Shown piece after piece: positions 10,501 through 22,840 of a DNA stretch of 64,000 nucleotides (positions within the stretch are counted from its first letter, which is position 1; each line of letters opens with the position of its first letter). The DNA comes from Macrostomum lignano (taxonomy: Eukaryota), in the NCBI GenBank assembly GCA_002269645.1, contig NIVC01003411.1, forward strand, positions 35,333-99,332. The letters are read 5' to 3'. The notes under the pieces are model-generated. The model searched no databases. It was not told the DNA's origin and saw only the letters and a program-made list of their open reading frames with translations. A program made the position numbers and the translations under genes.

Positions 10501-13500
10501 TTGTACTGTTTATACCGACATATACTCAGCAAGTTTCAATTCCTCGGAATTCAAAATGCTATTTCAAGATATTCCAATGGGATGTCTATCAAAATCATCA
10601 GCGCGGAATCCTCACTCAAATCACGCTTTGGTAGTTGGTACCTTCACTCTTAACTGTTGACTATCAAACTTTAATAAAAAGAACAGTCCAAACAAATTCA
10701 CCGAACCGGAATAAAGAAAAAAGTTAATCGAGGAAGAAAAACTACGCTCGTAATTTGAACCAAAAAACACCGGGATTTTTAGGGCTTAGAAATTCGCACC
10801 GAGCTCATTTGCCAGCTTTTGCGCCGTTTTGGTGTCGACTCGGCGCTGACCTGGCTGGCAGTCGCACTTGTTGCCTACCAATACAACAACGGCACCTTGC
10901 CAGGCCTGACCGCGCACCAGCGTCACCCTTTAGTTGTGTGTGCGTGTGCGGTTTTAGAAGACGCAGGTGGTTGGGGTTGAAGTAAACTAATAAACTGTAG
11001 ACTAAAGCAAACTCTAGCCCCGACTTCATGTGGACCAGCCGGCAATATCTTGTCATAGCAAGATCTGTGTATCCCAGCCCTACCCCCACCCCAAGTTAAA
11101 ATAAAAGGGGACAAGATTCTATGTACACATGTACACTAGCCCTACCCCACCCCATATAAAAGGAACGAGATTCTATGTACGCCAGCCCTACCCCCACCCC
11201 AAATAAAAGGGGACGAGATTTTATTTACATCAGCCCTACCCTCAAATAAAAGGGGACGAGATTCTATGTACGCCAGCCCTGTCCCAGGACGAGAATCTAT
11301 GTACCGCCAGCCCTCACCCTGGCCCTCAGATAGATAGATACCGTGAAGGGGACAAGATTTCACATACGCTCGTACATTTTATTAATTTTAGCTAGGGAGA
11401 CTAGGGAGAAGAAAGCCAAGAGATAAAGAAATCAGACGCTACGAAGTTAACTCCAGCTAAATTTGCATACAAGGAAAACAAGGGTAAAATTTAGATTGAC
11501 ACAAGGGAAACAAATTTCAAAATATATGAATAGTGATATCAGTTACAAAAAATAAGTTGCTTTAATATGGTTCCTGCTATATTTTATATTTCCTATAAAT
11601 TTTAAATTGTAATAATAAAGTGCAATGACAACACTGAACATATATAAAAGGTCGGTGTGCACAGGAGCGACAATAAAAGATGCATACAGACACTAATAAA
11701 ATATTGTACCTTAGTACTCATATTTTAATACAAGCGACTTACCAGTCTTGCACGGCATTAAACGAATCCTCGTTGGTAACGTCGTACATTAGAATAAAGC
11801 CCATAGCGCCCCTATAATAGGCTGTGGTGATGGTTCGGTACCTCTCTTGACCAGCTGTGTCCTAAAAAGTAGTAACAGAAAACGCTATTTATACTACTCA
11901 TTTTTACTGAAACGATTTTTAATATAGTTTGTTGCAATTTGCGTCCATTTTGCTATTTTTAAGTTTCGTACGATTCTTAGCTCAAGTTCGGAGATCATGC
12001 TTCGGGGCGGATCCGGAGTGATAAAGGAGTGATTCTCAGTAGATAGATTGGTAGTGATTCTCAGACTCAGGGGAAGATCGGGAGTGATTCTTAGTCGGCG
12101 GATTAGGAGTGATTCTCAACATCAAGGTAAGATCAGAAGTGATTCTCAGTGGACGGATCGAGAATGATTATTGCGTGGCGAATCAGGAGTGGTTCTTAGT
12201 GGGCGGAGATCATAGGTGATTCCCAGGGAGAGATCAAGCGTGATTCTAGGGGCAGATCAGGGGTGATTGTCAGGGCGGATCAGGAGTGATTCTCATGGCG
12301 GATCAGGAGTGATTCTCTGGGCGGATCATGGGTGATTTTATGGCGGATGAGGGGTGATTCTCAGACGGGATCAGGGGTGATTCTCATGGCGAATCAAGAG
12401 TGATTCTCAGGGTGGATCATAGGTGATTTTATGGCGGATGAGGGGTGATTCTCAGCGTGGATCAGGGGTGATTCTCGGGCCGGATCAGGGGTGATTCTCA
12501 GGCCGAATCGGGGTGATTCTCGGGCCGGATCAGGGGTGATTCTCGGGCCGGATCAGGGGTGATTCTAGGGGCGGATCAGGGGTGATTCTAGGGGCGGATC
12601 AGGGGTGATTCTCGGAGCGGATCAGGGGTGATTGTTATGTACAAATAAGAATCATTATGAAACAGCGCTTTGCAACTTTGATTTTGATGTGACGGACCTT
12701 CCGGATCTGACTGCACCATGAAAGCAAGAATGCAAGTAGTTGCAAAGGCTAAGCAGAGTTTGAAATTGACCTGTCGATATAAATTAATAAACCGACCGGG
12801 TCCCGGAGGGCCAATTACTTTGTCGGGTTGAGACGCACAGGAAGTTGCGTCCCAGTGGCAGCGAAATTGATTGCCGCTAGTGGACAAGTTGATAGTCGAT
12901 TCTATCAAACACGCGACAGTCGCACACGCAAAGGATTTAAGCTAATCTAACGGAATGCATAATAACCTTCAGTGGTTTTGATTATCAGTTGTATGAATTA
13001 TTGCCTTAAGAATAAATTAATACAATAGATTGTTACTAATTATAAACTTCACTCATCATTTTTAGAGTCGTGGAATTAACATATAGGAAATAGATTGAGC
13101 GAGATAAAATGAGGAGATATAAGATTCATGATAGGCATAAGGAGAAGATTGACAGAAACAAGGGAAACATGTAAGAGTATAAAAGAGGGCGTGATACATG
13201 GGTTCTAAGATACAGAAGTTTTAGAATACACTAAGGGTCGAGGGATATACAGATAGGTCATAGGAGACACAGATGGGTCATAGAAGACACAGATAGGTCA
13301 TAGGAGATACAAAAGGGTCATGGAAGACACAGATAAGTCATAGGAGACACAGATGGGTCATGAGGGACACAGATAGGTCGTATGAGACACAAAAGGGTCA
13401 TAAGAGACACAGAAAGGTCATAGGAGACACAGATGGGTCATAGAAGACACAGATAGGTCATAGGAGACACATATAGGCCATAGAAGACACAAAAGGGTCA

Positions 13501-14277
13501 TAGGAGACACATATAGGTAATAGAAGACACAAAAGGGTCAGGAGACACAGATGGGTCATAGAAGAAACAAATAGGCCATAGAAGACACAGAAGGGTCATA
13601 GGAGACACAGATAGGTCATAGAAGACACAGAAGGGTCATAGAAGACACAGATAGGTCATAGAAGACACAAAAGGGTCATAGGAGACCCTGAGTGTCATAG
13701 AAGAAACAGAATGGTCATAGGAGACACAGATAGGCCATAGAAGACACAGAAGGGTCATAGGAGACACAGATAGGTAATAGAAGACACAAAAGGGTTATAG
13801 AAGACACAAAAGGGTCATAGAAGACACAGATGGGTCATAGAAGAAACATATAGGCCATAGAAAACACAGAAGGGTCATAGGAGACACAGATAGGTCATAG
13901 AAGACACAGAAGGGTCATAGGAGACACAGATAGGTCATAGAAGACACAGAAGGGTCATAGGAGACTGGGAGTCATTGAGTACACACGGCGAGTCATGACA
14001 AGCGGTTATTGGGGGAGTGGGAGATGTGACCAGAAGCCAGTGAGAGATGAGGCAATAAAGAGAAGCTACTCACCCAGATCTGCAGCTTGACCCGCTTATC
14101 GTGTCTAAAGACGGTCTTGACTTTGAAATCGATGCCAACAGTGGACACGAAGGCGGACGTGAAAGAGTCGTCAGCGTAGCGAAACAGAAACGACGTCTTG
14201 CCAACGGAGGAATTGCCAATAATCAATAATTTGAACATGTAGTCAAAGTTCTGATCGGCCGCATCGCGAGATCCCAT
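7502..14277 (-). CDS. RAB3: Rab3 GTPase, 5 coding-exon positions with 3 alternative versions of exon 3 (211-212 aa)
   Basis: Exon 1 14277-14074 ([55 protein letters not shown]...QIW). Exon 2 11861-11743 ([27 protein letters not shown]). Exon 3a/b/c. Exon 4 8703-8572 ([33 protein letters not shown]). Exon 5 7557-7502 (ends in the CNC prenylation motif). All junctions are GT-AG with consistent phase. Confidence 0.95.
7625..7921. mobile_element. Non-autonomous hAT-type MITE (297 bp) in the last Rab3 intron
   Basis: Perfect 14-bp TIR CATACATGCGCAAC/GTTGCGCATGTATG; exact 8-bp TSD ATGTGGCT at 7617-7624 and 7922-7929. Confidence 0.9.
8150..8545. repeat. 59-bp minisatellite, about 6-7 copies
   Basis: Unit taagctaaaagtgcacgagagaatgaaattcatttaaaagtacactagactgacggtga. 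Confidence 0.9.
8909..9033 (-). CDS. RAB3: Rab3 alternative exon 3c (125 nt)
   Basis: ttctaaag|G TGT ACT...ATT G|gtaaat; encodes (W)[41 protein letters not shown](G); phase 2/1. Confidence 0.88.
9340..9925. repeat. 14-bp minisatellite (GGGGAATCCCTAAA)n, about 30 near-perfect copies plus degenerate flanks
   Basis: Visible tandem array between Rab3 exons 3b and 3c. Confidence 0.95.
10225..10349 (-). CDS. RAB3: Rab3 alternative exon 3b (125 nt)
   Basis: cag|G GTG ACG...CTG G|gtattg; encodes (W)[41 protein letters not shown](G); phase 2/1. Confidence 0.88.
10800..10927 (-). CDS. RAB3: Rab3 alternative exon 3a (128 nt)
   Basis: aag|G GTG ACG...CTC G|gtgcga; encodes (W)[42 protein letters not shown](G); phase 2 in, phase 1 out. 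Confidence 0.8.
11060..11310. repeat. About 47-bp degenerate tandem repeat
   Basis: Recurrent ccagccctacccccaccccaaataaaaggggacgagattctatgtac. Confidence 0.8.
12020..12630. repeat. About 21-bp degenerate minisatellite
   Basis: Recurrent ggcggatcaggggtgattctc. Confidence 0.85.
13245..13965. repeat. About 20-bp minisatellite
   Basis: Recurrent gggtcataggagacacagaa / ggtcatagaagacacagata. Confidence 0.9.
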
Positions 14278-14974
14278 TGCTGCTGCTGCTGCAACTGCGG
14301 TAATAAAATTATCGGTAAATAATAGAGAATTAATAAAACAATAGAAATCTATAAAAGCAACTCTAGAATTCTAGACAGGGAAAAAACATTTAAAGGAACA
14401 GGGAGTCAAAACTGGGGGGGCAGACGCGCACTAGGGACGCACTGAATAGACAGCACAAGAGGAGACGGAACGATCAACACTGCCAAACAGCAGCCAATGA
14501 AAAATCTATATGGCTAAAACGGATAAGGGAGAAGGGAAGAGAGAGAGAGAGCACTGCCTTTGAGCTTGCCAGCGTGGGCGGCAGTTGGCAGCACCGGAAT
14601 CGATTCGACTAAACGCCCCCCCCCCCTGCTCTCACTTCGTAGCTATCATTTCCTTGAAACCGCCGTTACCAACCGGACCGATTCTTCCACAGATAGTTCA
14701 GATCATACACTCCCCTCTCTCTTTCTCTGTCTAGCATAGCAGCTGGGCACTTGAAAGCGTTTCGTTGGGTTAAAAGGCGTCGGGCTGCGGAAGGCATTTA
14801 TAAAATGCTAAACTGCTCCTTCTCCTACCTCTGCGTAGCCAGACCAAGTTTACACCTTGTATTAGAAAGTGAGATTATAGTGCACAGGTTGCTGATCAAT
14901 TCCGACCGATAGCCAGAGGTTACGAGTGCAACAAAGTTAACTCAGTTGGCACGGATCTGGGAGGCTCGCGGTGG

Positions 14975-15250
14975 TCTAGCAACTGGGGATCTGAGCGGCT
15001 AGCCTAGCAACTGGGAATCTGAGCGGCTAGCCTAGGAACTGGGGATCTGAGTGGCTAGCCTAGCAACTGGGGATCTGAGTGGCTAGCCTAGCAACTGGGG
15101 ATCTGAGTGGCTAGCCTAGCAACTGGGGATCTGAGCGGCTAGCCTAGCAACTGGGGATCTAAAAGGTTGGCCTAGCAACTGGGGATCTAAAAGGTTGGCC
15201 TAGCAACTGGGGATCTGAGAAGCTGGCCTAGCAACTGAAGATCTAGAAGG
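14975..15250. repeat. 28-bp minisatellite
   Basis: Unit ggctagcctagcaactggggatctgagt. Confidence 0.9.
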
Positions 15251-16264
15251 TAAGGTAACGGTGGCCCAGCAGCTTGAGGATCCGGGGCTGATGTAATGAC
15301 ACAATCAGAGCACAGAAGTTGGCCTGTAAGAGCCGAAAAGGGGTTAATATAAAAAGCGAATAAGTGCTTATGAGATAAAATTGAACTACACATAGACATT
15401 CGAACAGAATTAAGTGCACATTACCCCAATCAAAGTATGCTATTTTCATTAACTGCTTGCTGTTCTCATAACCTAAACCCAGCATTCGAATTGCTAGCAG
15501 TCACCCATAGCCTCCAATTATGTCACTCTGTCGCTAAGGTGAAGGGATTACATGTACCGCAGCACACGGCAGGCGGGGACACGCCCAAGCCCCATATTTG
15601 TAGCCCTGCTTGAACAGTGCAGCGCATACAACCACCCCCCCTTCCAAACCAAACAGCGCCAATAACAGGGGGGGGGGACACAAAAAAGTGCGTCCCAATC
15701 AGCCAGCCACGGGAGCGACAATTCCATACTGCTTTCGTCTTTTGACAGGCGCACAAATCAATAATAATTCAGGGAGAATGCACTGAACTGCAGACATTTA
15801 ATATAATCCCAGAAGTAGGCGTGTTCAATCCTAGATTACTTATCTCTCTTCCTATACAATAGAAACCTATTATATGAGTATCTAAAATCTTAGAAATAAT
15901 ATTTGAGAACGACATTAGAGCGCAACAAATCAACTCGGATACAGACGCACAAGTATTCTTTTTTTAATTATAGCCACTTACGTAAAAGTACAAATAAAAT
16001 TTGTATTCATAACTAATTAACAGCATATTAAGCCTAGTTAATTATAGCTTTGAAGAAAGAAACACAGTAGGTTTGGGTAAATGTAATCTCACAGTTCAAT
16101 ACCTGGAGATCTAAGTATGCGATTCGCGTTATGTAACAGCAATAGCTAGACGAATTATAGGCAAGCATATATGTGAAGCAAAGTTATTTTTCATAAGAGC
16201 AATCAAGTGGAAGGCAGGCATACTGCTCACTGCCTGGCTTCTGGGACTTACAAGCATCAACAAG

Positions 16265-16505
16265 AGGGAGACAGAGAGGGAAGGCGAGGGGAGATGAAGA
16301 GCAGGGAGATGGAGAGGGGAGGAGAGATGAAGAGGGGAAGATGAAGGGGGAAGGGAAGATGAAGAAGGGGATATGAAGAGGGGATGAAAAGGAAGAGATA
16401 AAGAGGGTAAGATGAAGAGAAGAGAGGAGAGATAAATGCGGAGATGAGAGAATGGGGAGATAGAGAGGAGAGGGAAGAGGGAGGGAGGGGGGTGGAGAGT
16501 GGGAG
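16265..16505. repeat. Purine-rich (GA) low-complexity tract
   Basis: Almost exclusively G/A on the plus strand. Confidence 0.8.
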
Positions 16506-17099
16506 ACAGCATCTGAACCCCAGCTTCATAAGCGCAGCATTAGAAAGGCAAAAACGGAGGGCAGACCCTCCAAAAATGGAGGGTTGCATTTCAGCTCGGT
16601 TACAAGCAAATCTGTGTGCGGCTATGCGGCATCCAGGTATGCAACTTCAAACAGTAATAATACGAGTATTATATATCGTTATCGAGCAGAAAAAGCATTG
16701 GATAAATCTAGCGCTAGAAGTACTGGTGACACTCGAGCAGGAAGAGCCCAATTATAGGTAATGAACGACCATAGGTGTGCGCCTGATAATTAATTGCTTA
16801 GGTAATTCCGTTTGACAGCTAGCAATTCAACCGTCGAATATCGCTTTTTACGCCGAAAGAAAGCAGACATGCAAACATTAGCAAAATATGTAAGACATAA
16901 TGACCAGAGCAGATCAGCACAGCTAGGCGAACAAATCCCAAACTTCTACTGAATAAAACAAGAGCAAGCATAGAAACTGACAAGAGAAATTGATTTGGTA
17001 CGCACAACTTATACAAGCAACTGACACTGGAAATGCGAACTGAGCATTGGACAGGCCGAAATCTTATGATTAATTATTGGCTTTTAGACTCCATCTTAA

Positions 17100-18555
17100 C
17101 CAGCTGCTCCAGCCTCCCATTCATTCAGTGAGCTGCTGCCCCAGCCTCCCATTCATTCAGTGAGCTGCTGCCCCAGCCTCCCATTCATTCAGTGAGCTGC
17201 TGCCCCAGCCTCCCATTCATTCAGTGAGCTGCTGCCCCAGCCTCCCATTCATTCAGTGAGCTGCTGCCCCAGCCTCCCATTCATTCAGTGAGCTGCTGCC
17301 CCAGCCTCCCATTCATTCAGTGAGCTGCTGCCCCAGCCTCCCATTCATTCAGTGAGCTGCTGCCCCAGCCTCCCATTCATTCAGTGAGCTGCTGTCTCAG
17401 CCTCCCATTCATTCAGTGAGCTGCTGCTCCAGCCTCCCATTCATTCAGTGAGCTGCTGTCTCAGCCTCCCATTCATTCAGTGAGCTGCTGTCTCAGCCTC
17501 CCATTCATTCAGTGAGCTGCTGTCTCAGCCTCCCATTCATTCAGTGAGCTGCTGCCCCAGCCTCCCATTCATTTAGTGAGCTGCTGTCTCAACCTCCCAT
17601 TCATTCCGTGAGCTGCTGTCTCAACCTCCCATTCATTCAGTGAGCTGCTACCCCAGCCTCCCATTCATTCAGTGAGCTGCTGTCTCAACCTCCCATTCAT
17701 TCAGTGAGCTGCTGCCCCAGCCTCCCATTCATTCAGTGAGCTGCTGTCTCAACCTCCCATTCATTCCGTGAGCTGCTGTCTCAGCCTCCCATTCATTCCG
17801 TGAGCTGCTGTCTCAACCTCCCATTCATTCAGTGAGCTGCTGTCTCAACCTCCCATTCATTCAGTGAGCTGCTGTCTCAACCTCCCATTCATTCAGTGAG
17901 CTGCTGCCCCAGCCTCCCATTCATTCAGTGAGCTGCTGCCCCAGCCTCCCATTCATTCAGTGAGCTGCTGTCTCAACCTCCCATTCATTCAGTGAGCTGC
18001 TGTCTCAGCCTCCCATTCATTCAGTGAGCTGCTGTCTCAGCCTCCCATTCATTCCGTGAGCTGCTGTCTCAACCTCCCATTCATTCCGTGAGCTGCTGTC
18101 TCAGCCTCCCATTCATTCAGTGAGCTGCTGTCTCAGCCTCCCATTCATTCAGTGAGCTGCTGTCTCAACCTCCCATTCATTCAGTGAGCTGCTGTCTCAA
18201 CCTCCCATTCATTCAGTGAGCTGCTGTCTCAGCCTCCCATTCATTCAGTGAGCTGCTGTCTCAGCCTCCCATTCATTCCGTGAGCTGCTGTCTCAACCTC
18301 CCATTCATTCCGTGAGCTGCTGTCTCAGCCTCCCATTCATTCAGTGAGCTGCTGTCTCAGCATCCCATTCATTCAGTGAGCTGCTGTCTCAGCCTCCCAT
18401 TCATTCAGTGAGCTGCTGTCTCAGCCTCCCATTCATTCAGTGAGCTGCTGTCTCAGCCTCCCATTCATTCAGTGAGCTGCTGTCTCAGCCTCCCATTCAT
18501 TCAGTGAGCTGCTGTCTCAGCCTCCCATTCATTCAGTGAGCTGCTGTCCCAACCT
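17100..18555. repeat. 32-bp satellite, about 45 copies
   Basis: Unit agcctcccattcattcagtgagctgctg(cccc/tctc). Confidence 0.95.
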
Positions 18556-18894
18556 CTCATCCCTATATAGTCTAAGTTAATCAAAGCCTTTTTAGTCTCA
18601 TTTACTCATGACAATAAATAAATTTAAATACAACACACAAACAAAAAATTTAACGCAGGGAAATAGCATAAGATAGCATATGTAAAACATAAAATAAATT
18701 AGACGATAAATGGTTTGAAAAATGACATACAATGCAACTAGAATCAGCAGTCAGACAAAGTCGCCGTGTCACCTCTTGTATGGAGAGCTGGAATGATATC
18801 TGCAAATAAAGCGTACGAATAGTCGGTCCCCGTTAGCTTATAATTGTATGGCCTGCTTGTATCGCTAGGATGTCGTTAGAATGCACATCCCAGC

Positions 18895-19290
18895 CATTTG
18901 ATGTTCGCCGCTACCCCAGCACAATCTCAGTCCTTTGATGTTCGCCGCTACCCCAGCTCAATCTCAGTCCTTTGATGTTCGCCGCTACCCCAGATCAATC
19001 TCAGTCCTTTGATGTTCGCCGCTACCCCAGCACAATCTCAGTCCTTTGATGTTCGCCGCTACCCCAGCACAATCTCAGTCCTTTGATGTTCGCCGCTACC
19101 CCAGCACAATCTCAGTCCTTTGATGTTCGCCGCTACCCCAGCACAATCTCAGTACTTTGATTTTCGCCGCTACCCCAGCACAATCTCAGTCCTTTGATGT
19201 TCGCCGCTACCCCAGCACAATCTCAGTACTTTGATTTTTGCCGCTAACCCAGCCTAATCTTTGTCCTTTGAAATTCACCGCATACCTCAG
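18895..19290. repeat. 37-bp minisatellite, about 10 copies, just downstream of the CLK stop
   Basis: Unit tttgatgttcgccgctaccccagcacaatctcagtcc. Confidence 0.9.
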
Positions 19291-19323
19291 CCCAAGCCCA
19301 GGAACAGATATTAGCAGAAAGAT

Positions 19324-22300
19324 TTACCGATGCGACCGCAGGTGCTGCGGCAGGGCCTCAAAGAACGGATGATGAATAGCTTCGCCTAGTGGTGCCCGAC
19401 GCCTTGGCTCGTACTCGAACAGATCCTCCAGCAGATCGAATAGCAGCCGATGCTCCCGACTATCCGGCAGCTGGGTGTAGCGCCGCAACGGTTGCACGGC
19501 CGTCTCGGCGCCGCCCCATTTCCAGGCCAGCCGGCCCCTATGAAAATATTTTGTCTTTGGCGACGCTTCAATCATGCGAGTTGGCAGCCGGCCAAAGCAG
19601 CGCTCCATCATGGCCAGGTGCTCTAAATTGTCGTGCGTCATGAACAGGCACTCGCCGGTGTACAGCTCGAACACTATGCAGGCGATGGACCAGACGTCGC
19701 ACGGATGCGACCAGCCTAGTTCCAGCACCACTTCGGGGGCGCGGTAGTGCCGGGTGGACACGATCTTGGTGTGGTGCTCGTGATCGAATGTGGCCGAGCC
19801 GAAGTCGATAAGACGAATTGTGGGATCGCGGAGCACGGTGCGCTAGGTAGAGGATGGGGGATAGCAAGATTGCGCTTATAACTGGGAATTGGATTATGGG
19901 AATTACAACTGTCGCTTTAAACCGGGCCAGTGTTCAAAGCCCTTGCGAGTAATATTAATAACTAAAACAAAACAGTAAGAATGCGTCAAATGACTCTATG
20001 AGAACCTGACGATGGACCAAATGACTCATATGAGGACCTGACGATGGACCAAATGACTCATAAGAGGACATGCTGATAGACCAAATGACTAATATGAGCA
20101 CCTGACGATGGACCAAATGACTCATATGAGGACCTGACGATGGACCAAATGACTCATATGAGGACCTGACGATGGACCAAATGACTCATAAGAGGACATG
20201 CTGATAGACCAAATGATACATATGAGGACATGGTGATAGACCAAATGACTCATATGACCTGACGATGGACCAAATGACTCATATGAGCTGGACATGGTGA
20301 TGGACCAAATGACTCATTTGAGGATCTAATGATGGACCAAATGACTCATATGAGGATCTAATGATGGACCGAATGACTCATATGAGCTGGACATGGTGAT
20401 GGACCAAATGACTCATATGAGGATCTAATGATGGACCAAATGACTCATATGAGGATCTAATGATGGACCAAATGACTCATATGAGGATCTAATGATGGAC
20501 CAAATGACTCATATGAGGATCTAATGATGGACCAAATGACTCATCTGAGGACCTGACGATGGACCAAATGAGGACACGCTGATAGACCAAATGAATCAAG
20601 AGGACATGATGGTGGACAAAATCACTGATAAGAGGACATGGTGATGGACTAAATGAATCAAGAGGACATGATGGTGGACAAAATCACTGATAAGAGGACA
20701 TGGTGATGGACTAAATGACTCATATGGGGCACTGCTGATGGACCAAAAGACCAACATTCTAGCGCCAATAACTCACCACTCGTCCAGTCTTGGGGCAGAC
20801 ATCGCGAACGCAATCGTTGGAGTTGCAGAACAAAATATTCTCGGGCTTCAAATCTGTGTGCGTCAGTCCGCAGTCGTGCAAAAATTTCACAGCGTAAGAC
20901 AGCTGATAGGCCATGCTGCGCACCTGTTCAAACGGATACGGCGCGTAGTCGTTTCGCTTTTGAAAGTCGAACACTGACTCGCCGAGCATGTCGAACACCA
21001 AACAGACGTGGCCATGGTAGTTAAAGTGCTGTCGCAGCTGTACGCAGTGAAATCGGCCGTGCGGATCGCGGCGCTCCAGCGTTTGCAGCACCTTCACCTC
21101 CAGCATGGCGGCGTCCCGGTACTTCGGCACGTTGCGAACCACCTGGAAAGTAGCGGGCGAGCCCGTGAAGGCAATTTCTAAAAAATAAAAAAACTGTTTC
21201 AGACTGACTACTGATAGTAGCTGAGTATGGGCATTACGATTATAAGCATACGACGTCCTAAAAAACCAGGAAGGTTATTAATATTAAACTAGATGATTCT
21301 GGGAAGCTGGCCCAGCAACTGATGATCTGGGAGGCCGGCGGGTTGCCCTTCAGCAACTGAGGATCTGGGAGGCTGCCGGGTTGCCCTTCAGCAACTGAGG
21401 ATCTGGGAGGCTGCCGGGTTGCCCTTCAGCAACTGAGGATCTGGGAGGCTGCCGGGTTGCCCTTCAGCAACTGAGGATCTGGGAGGCTGCCGGGTTGCCC
21501 TTCAGCAACTGACGATCTGGGAGGCTGCCGGGTTGCCCTTCAGCAACTGAGGATCTGAGAGGCTGCCGGGTTGCCCTTCAGCAACTGAGGATCTGAGAGG
21601 CTGCCGGGTTGCCCCAGCAACTGAGGATCTGAGAGGCTGCCGGGTTTCCCCAGCAACTGAGGATCTGAGAGGCTGGTGTGCTGAGCCTTACCTTAATAGC
21701 CACTCGTTCATTGCCCGCGCGCCTGTCGGCGGCCTCCAGCACCCGACCGAAGGTGCCCTCGCCAAGCAGGCGTACCAGGGTGTACTGGCCGGAGCGCATG
21801 CTGGCGCCTGGCTGCACTACCAAATGGCCGTCGCGGTCCTGCTGTACAAAGGACCGGGACCGGGACCGGGATCTGCGACTGCTGCTAGCCGGCGAGTCGT
21901 GACGCGACTGATGCTGCTGCAGTGGCGGCTGATAATAACGGCGTCGACTTCTAAAATTTTAAAGGTGATCAGATTGGCTTAAAGCATACAAGGTAATTGA
22001 ATTGAACAGTGTTTATATAGCACTGACAGTACTGTGAATTAAATTACAAAAAATGACTTATAGCAAAGAAGTGGACTGGTAGCTATCTACTGAAGTAATG
22101 ACTGGTAGCTATCTACTAAGTAATGATTGGCAGCTATCTACTAACGGAACACTAAATTATTGATAAGCCATACTCCCTGCAATTCACCTGTAATGCGACC
22201 TAGTTACCACGGACTCAGTGCGCGAGCTGTACCCATCTTGAATGCGACGCGACGATCCGCCTCTAGATCGGGACCGGGATCTGGATGCTCTCGATTTTGC

Positions 22301-22840
22301 TCTACGTCGATGCGGCGACCGCTTACGCTGCCGACGCTGCCGGCTGTAGCTCTGGTGCCGGCTTCGCTGCCGACGTCGGTACCGCGAGGAGCTGCGCTCT
22401 CGCCGGCTTCGATCTCGCGAAGTCGCCAATGACTGCCTTGCCGAACAGCCTGACTGAGTAGACGACGAAGGCGAGGAGGAGGAGCGCCTTCTGTGTCTGG
22501 CGGCGGACTCGCGCTGGGCTGAACGGCCGCGATAGGCGGGATTTCGGCGGGACCGCCGACTCGACCGGGAGCGGTAGCGCGACCGGCCGTCGGACCGGGA
22601 CGGCGACCGGAATCGGGACCGGGACCGAGACTTAGATCGGGACTCGTCGCTGTAGCTGTCTTGACGCCGGCTCTGCTCAACGGATCGTATCGAATGATGC
22701 GGCATAGAGGAAGGCGGCGGCCGCGGAGGTGTGAACTGCTGCTGTCTGTACGAGGCTAAAACGCCGTAATCCGCTAAGCCGCCCGAGTGTTGCTGGCCGT
22801 AGCAGTACATCCGTGACGGAGTCGACTGACATGCAAGCAT
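19324..22840 (-). CDS. CLK: CLK/LAMMER dual-specificity kinase (Doa-like), 4 coding exons, about 598 aa
   Basis: Exons 22840-22188 (RS-rich), 21950-21692 ([19 protein letters not shown]), 21142-20777 ([12 protein letters not shown]) and 19842-19324 ([25 protein letters not shown]). GT-AG phases 2, 0, 0; total 1797 nt. The start codon choice (22840 vs 22810 or an upstream exon) is uncertain. Confidence 0.93.
20000..20745. repeat. About 32-bp minisatellite in CLK intron 3
   Basis: Recurrent gatggaccaaatgactcatatgaggacctgac. Confidence 0.9.
21300..21675. repeat. 38-bp minisatellite in CLK intron 2
   Basis: Unit gggaggctgccgggttgcccttcagcaactgaggatct. Confidence 0.9.

Noticed and set aside
1-14277. 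Two Rab genes within 14 kb as a functional cluster
   Set aside because: Different subfamilies and no evidence of co-regulation.
17100-18555. Regular 32-bp array suggestive of CRISPR
   Set aside because: No unique spacers, no cas genes, eukaryotic context.
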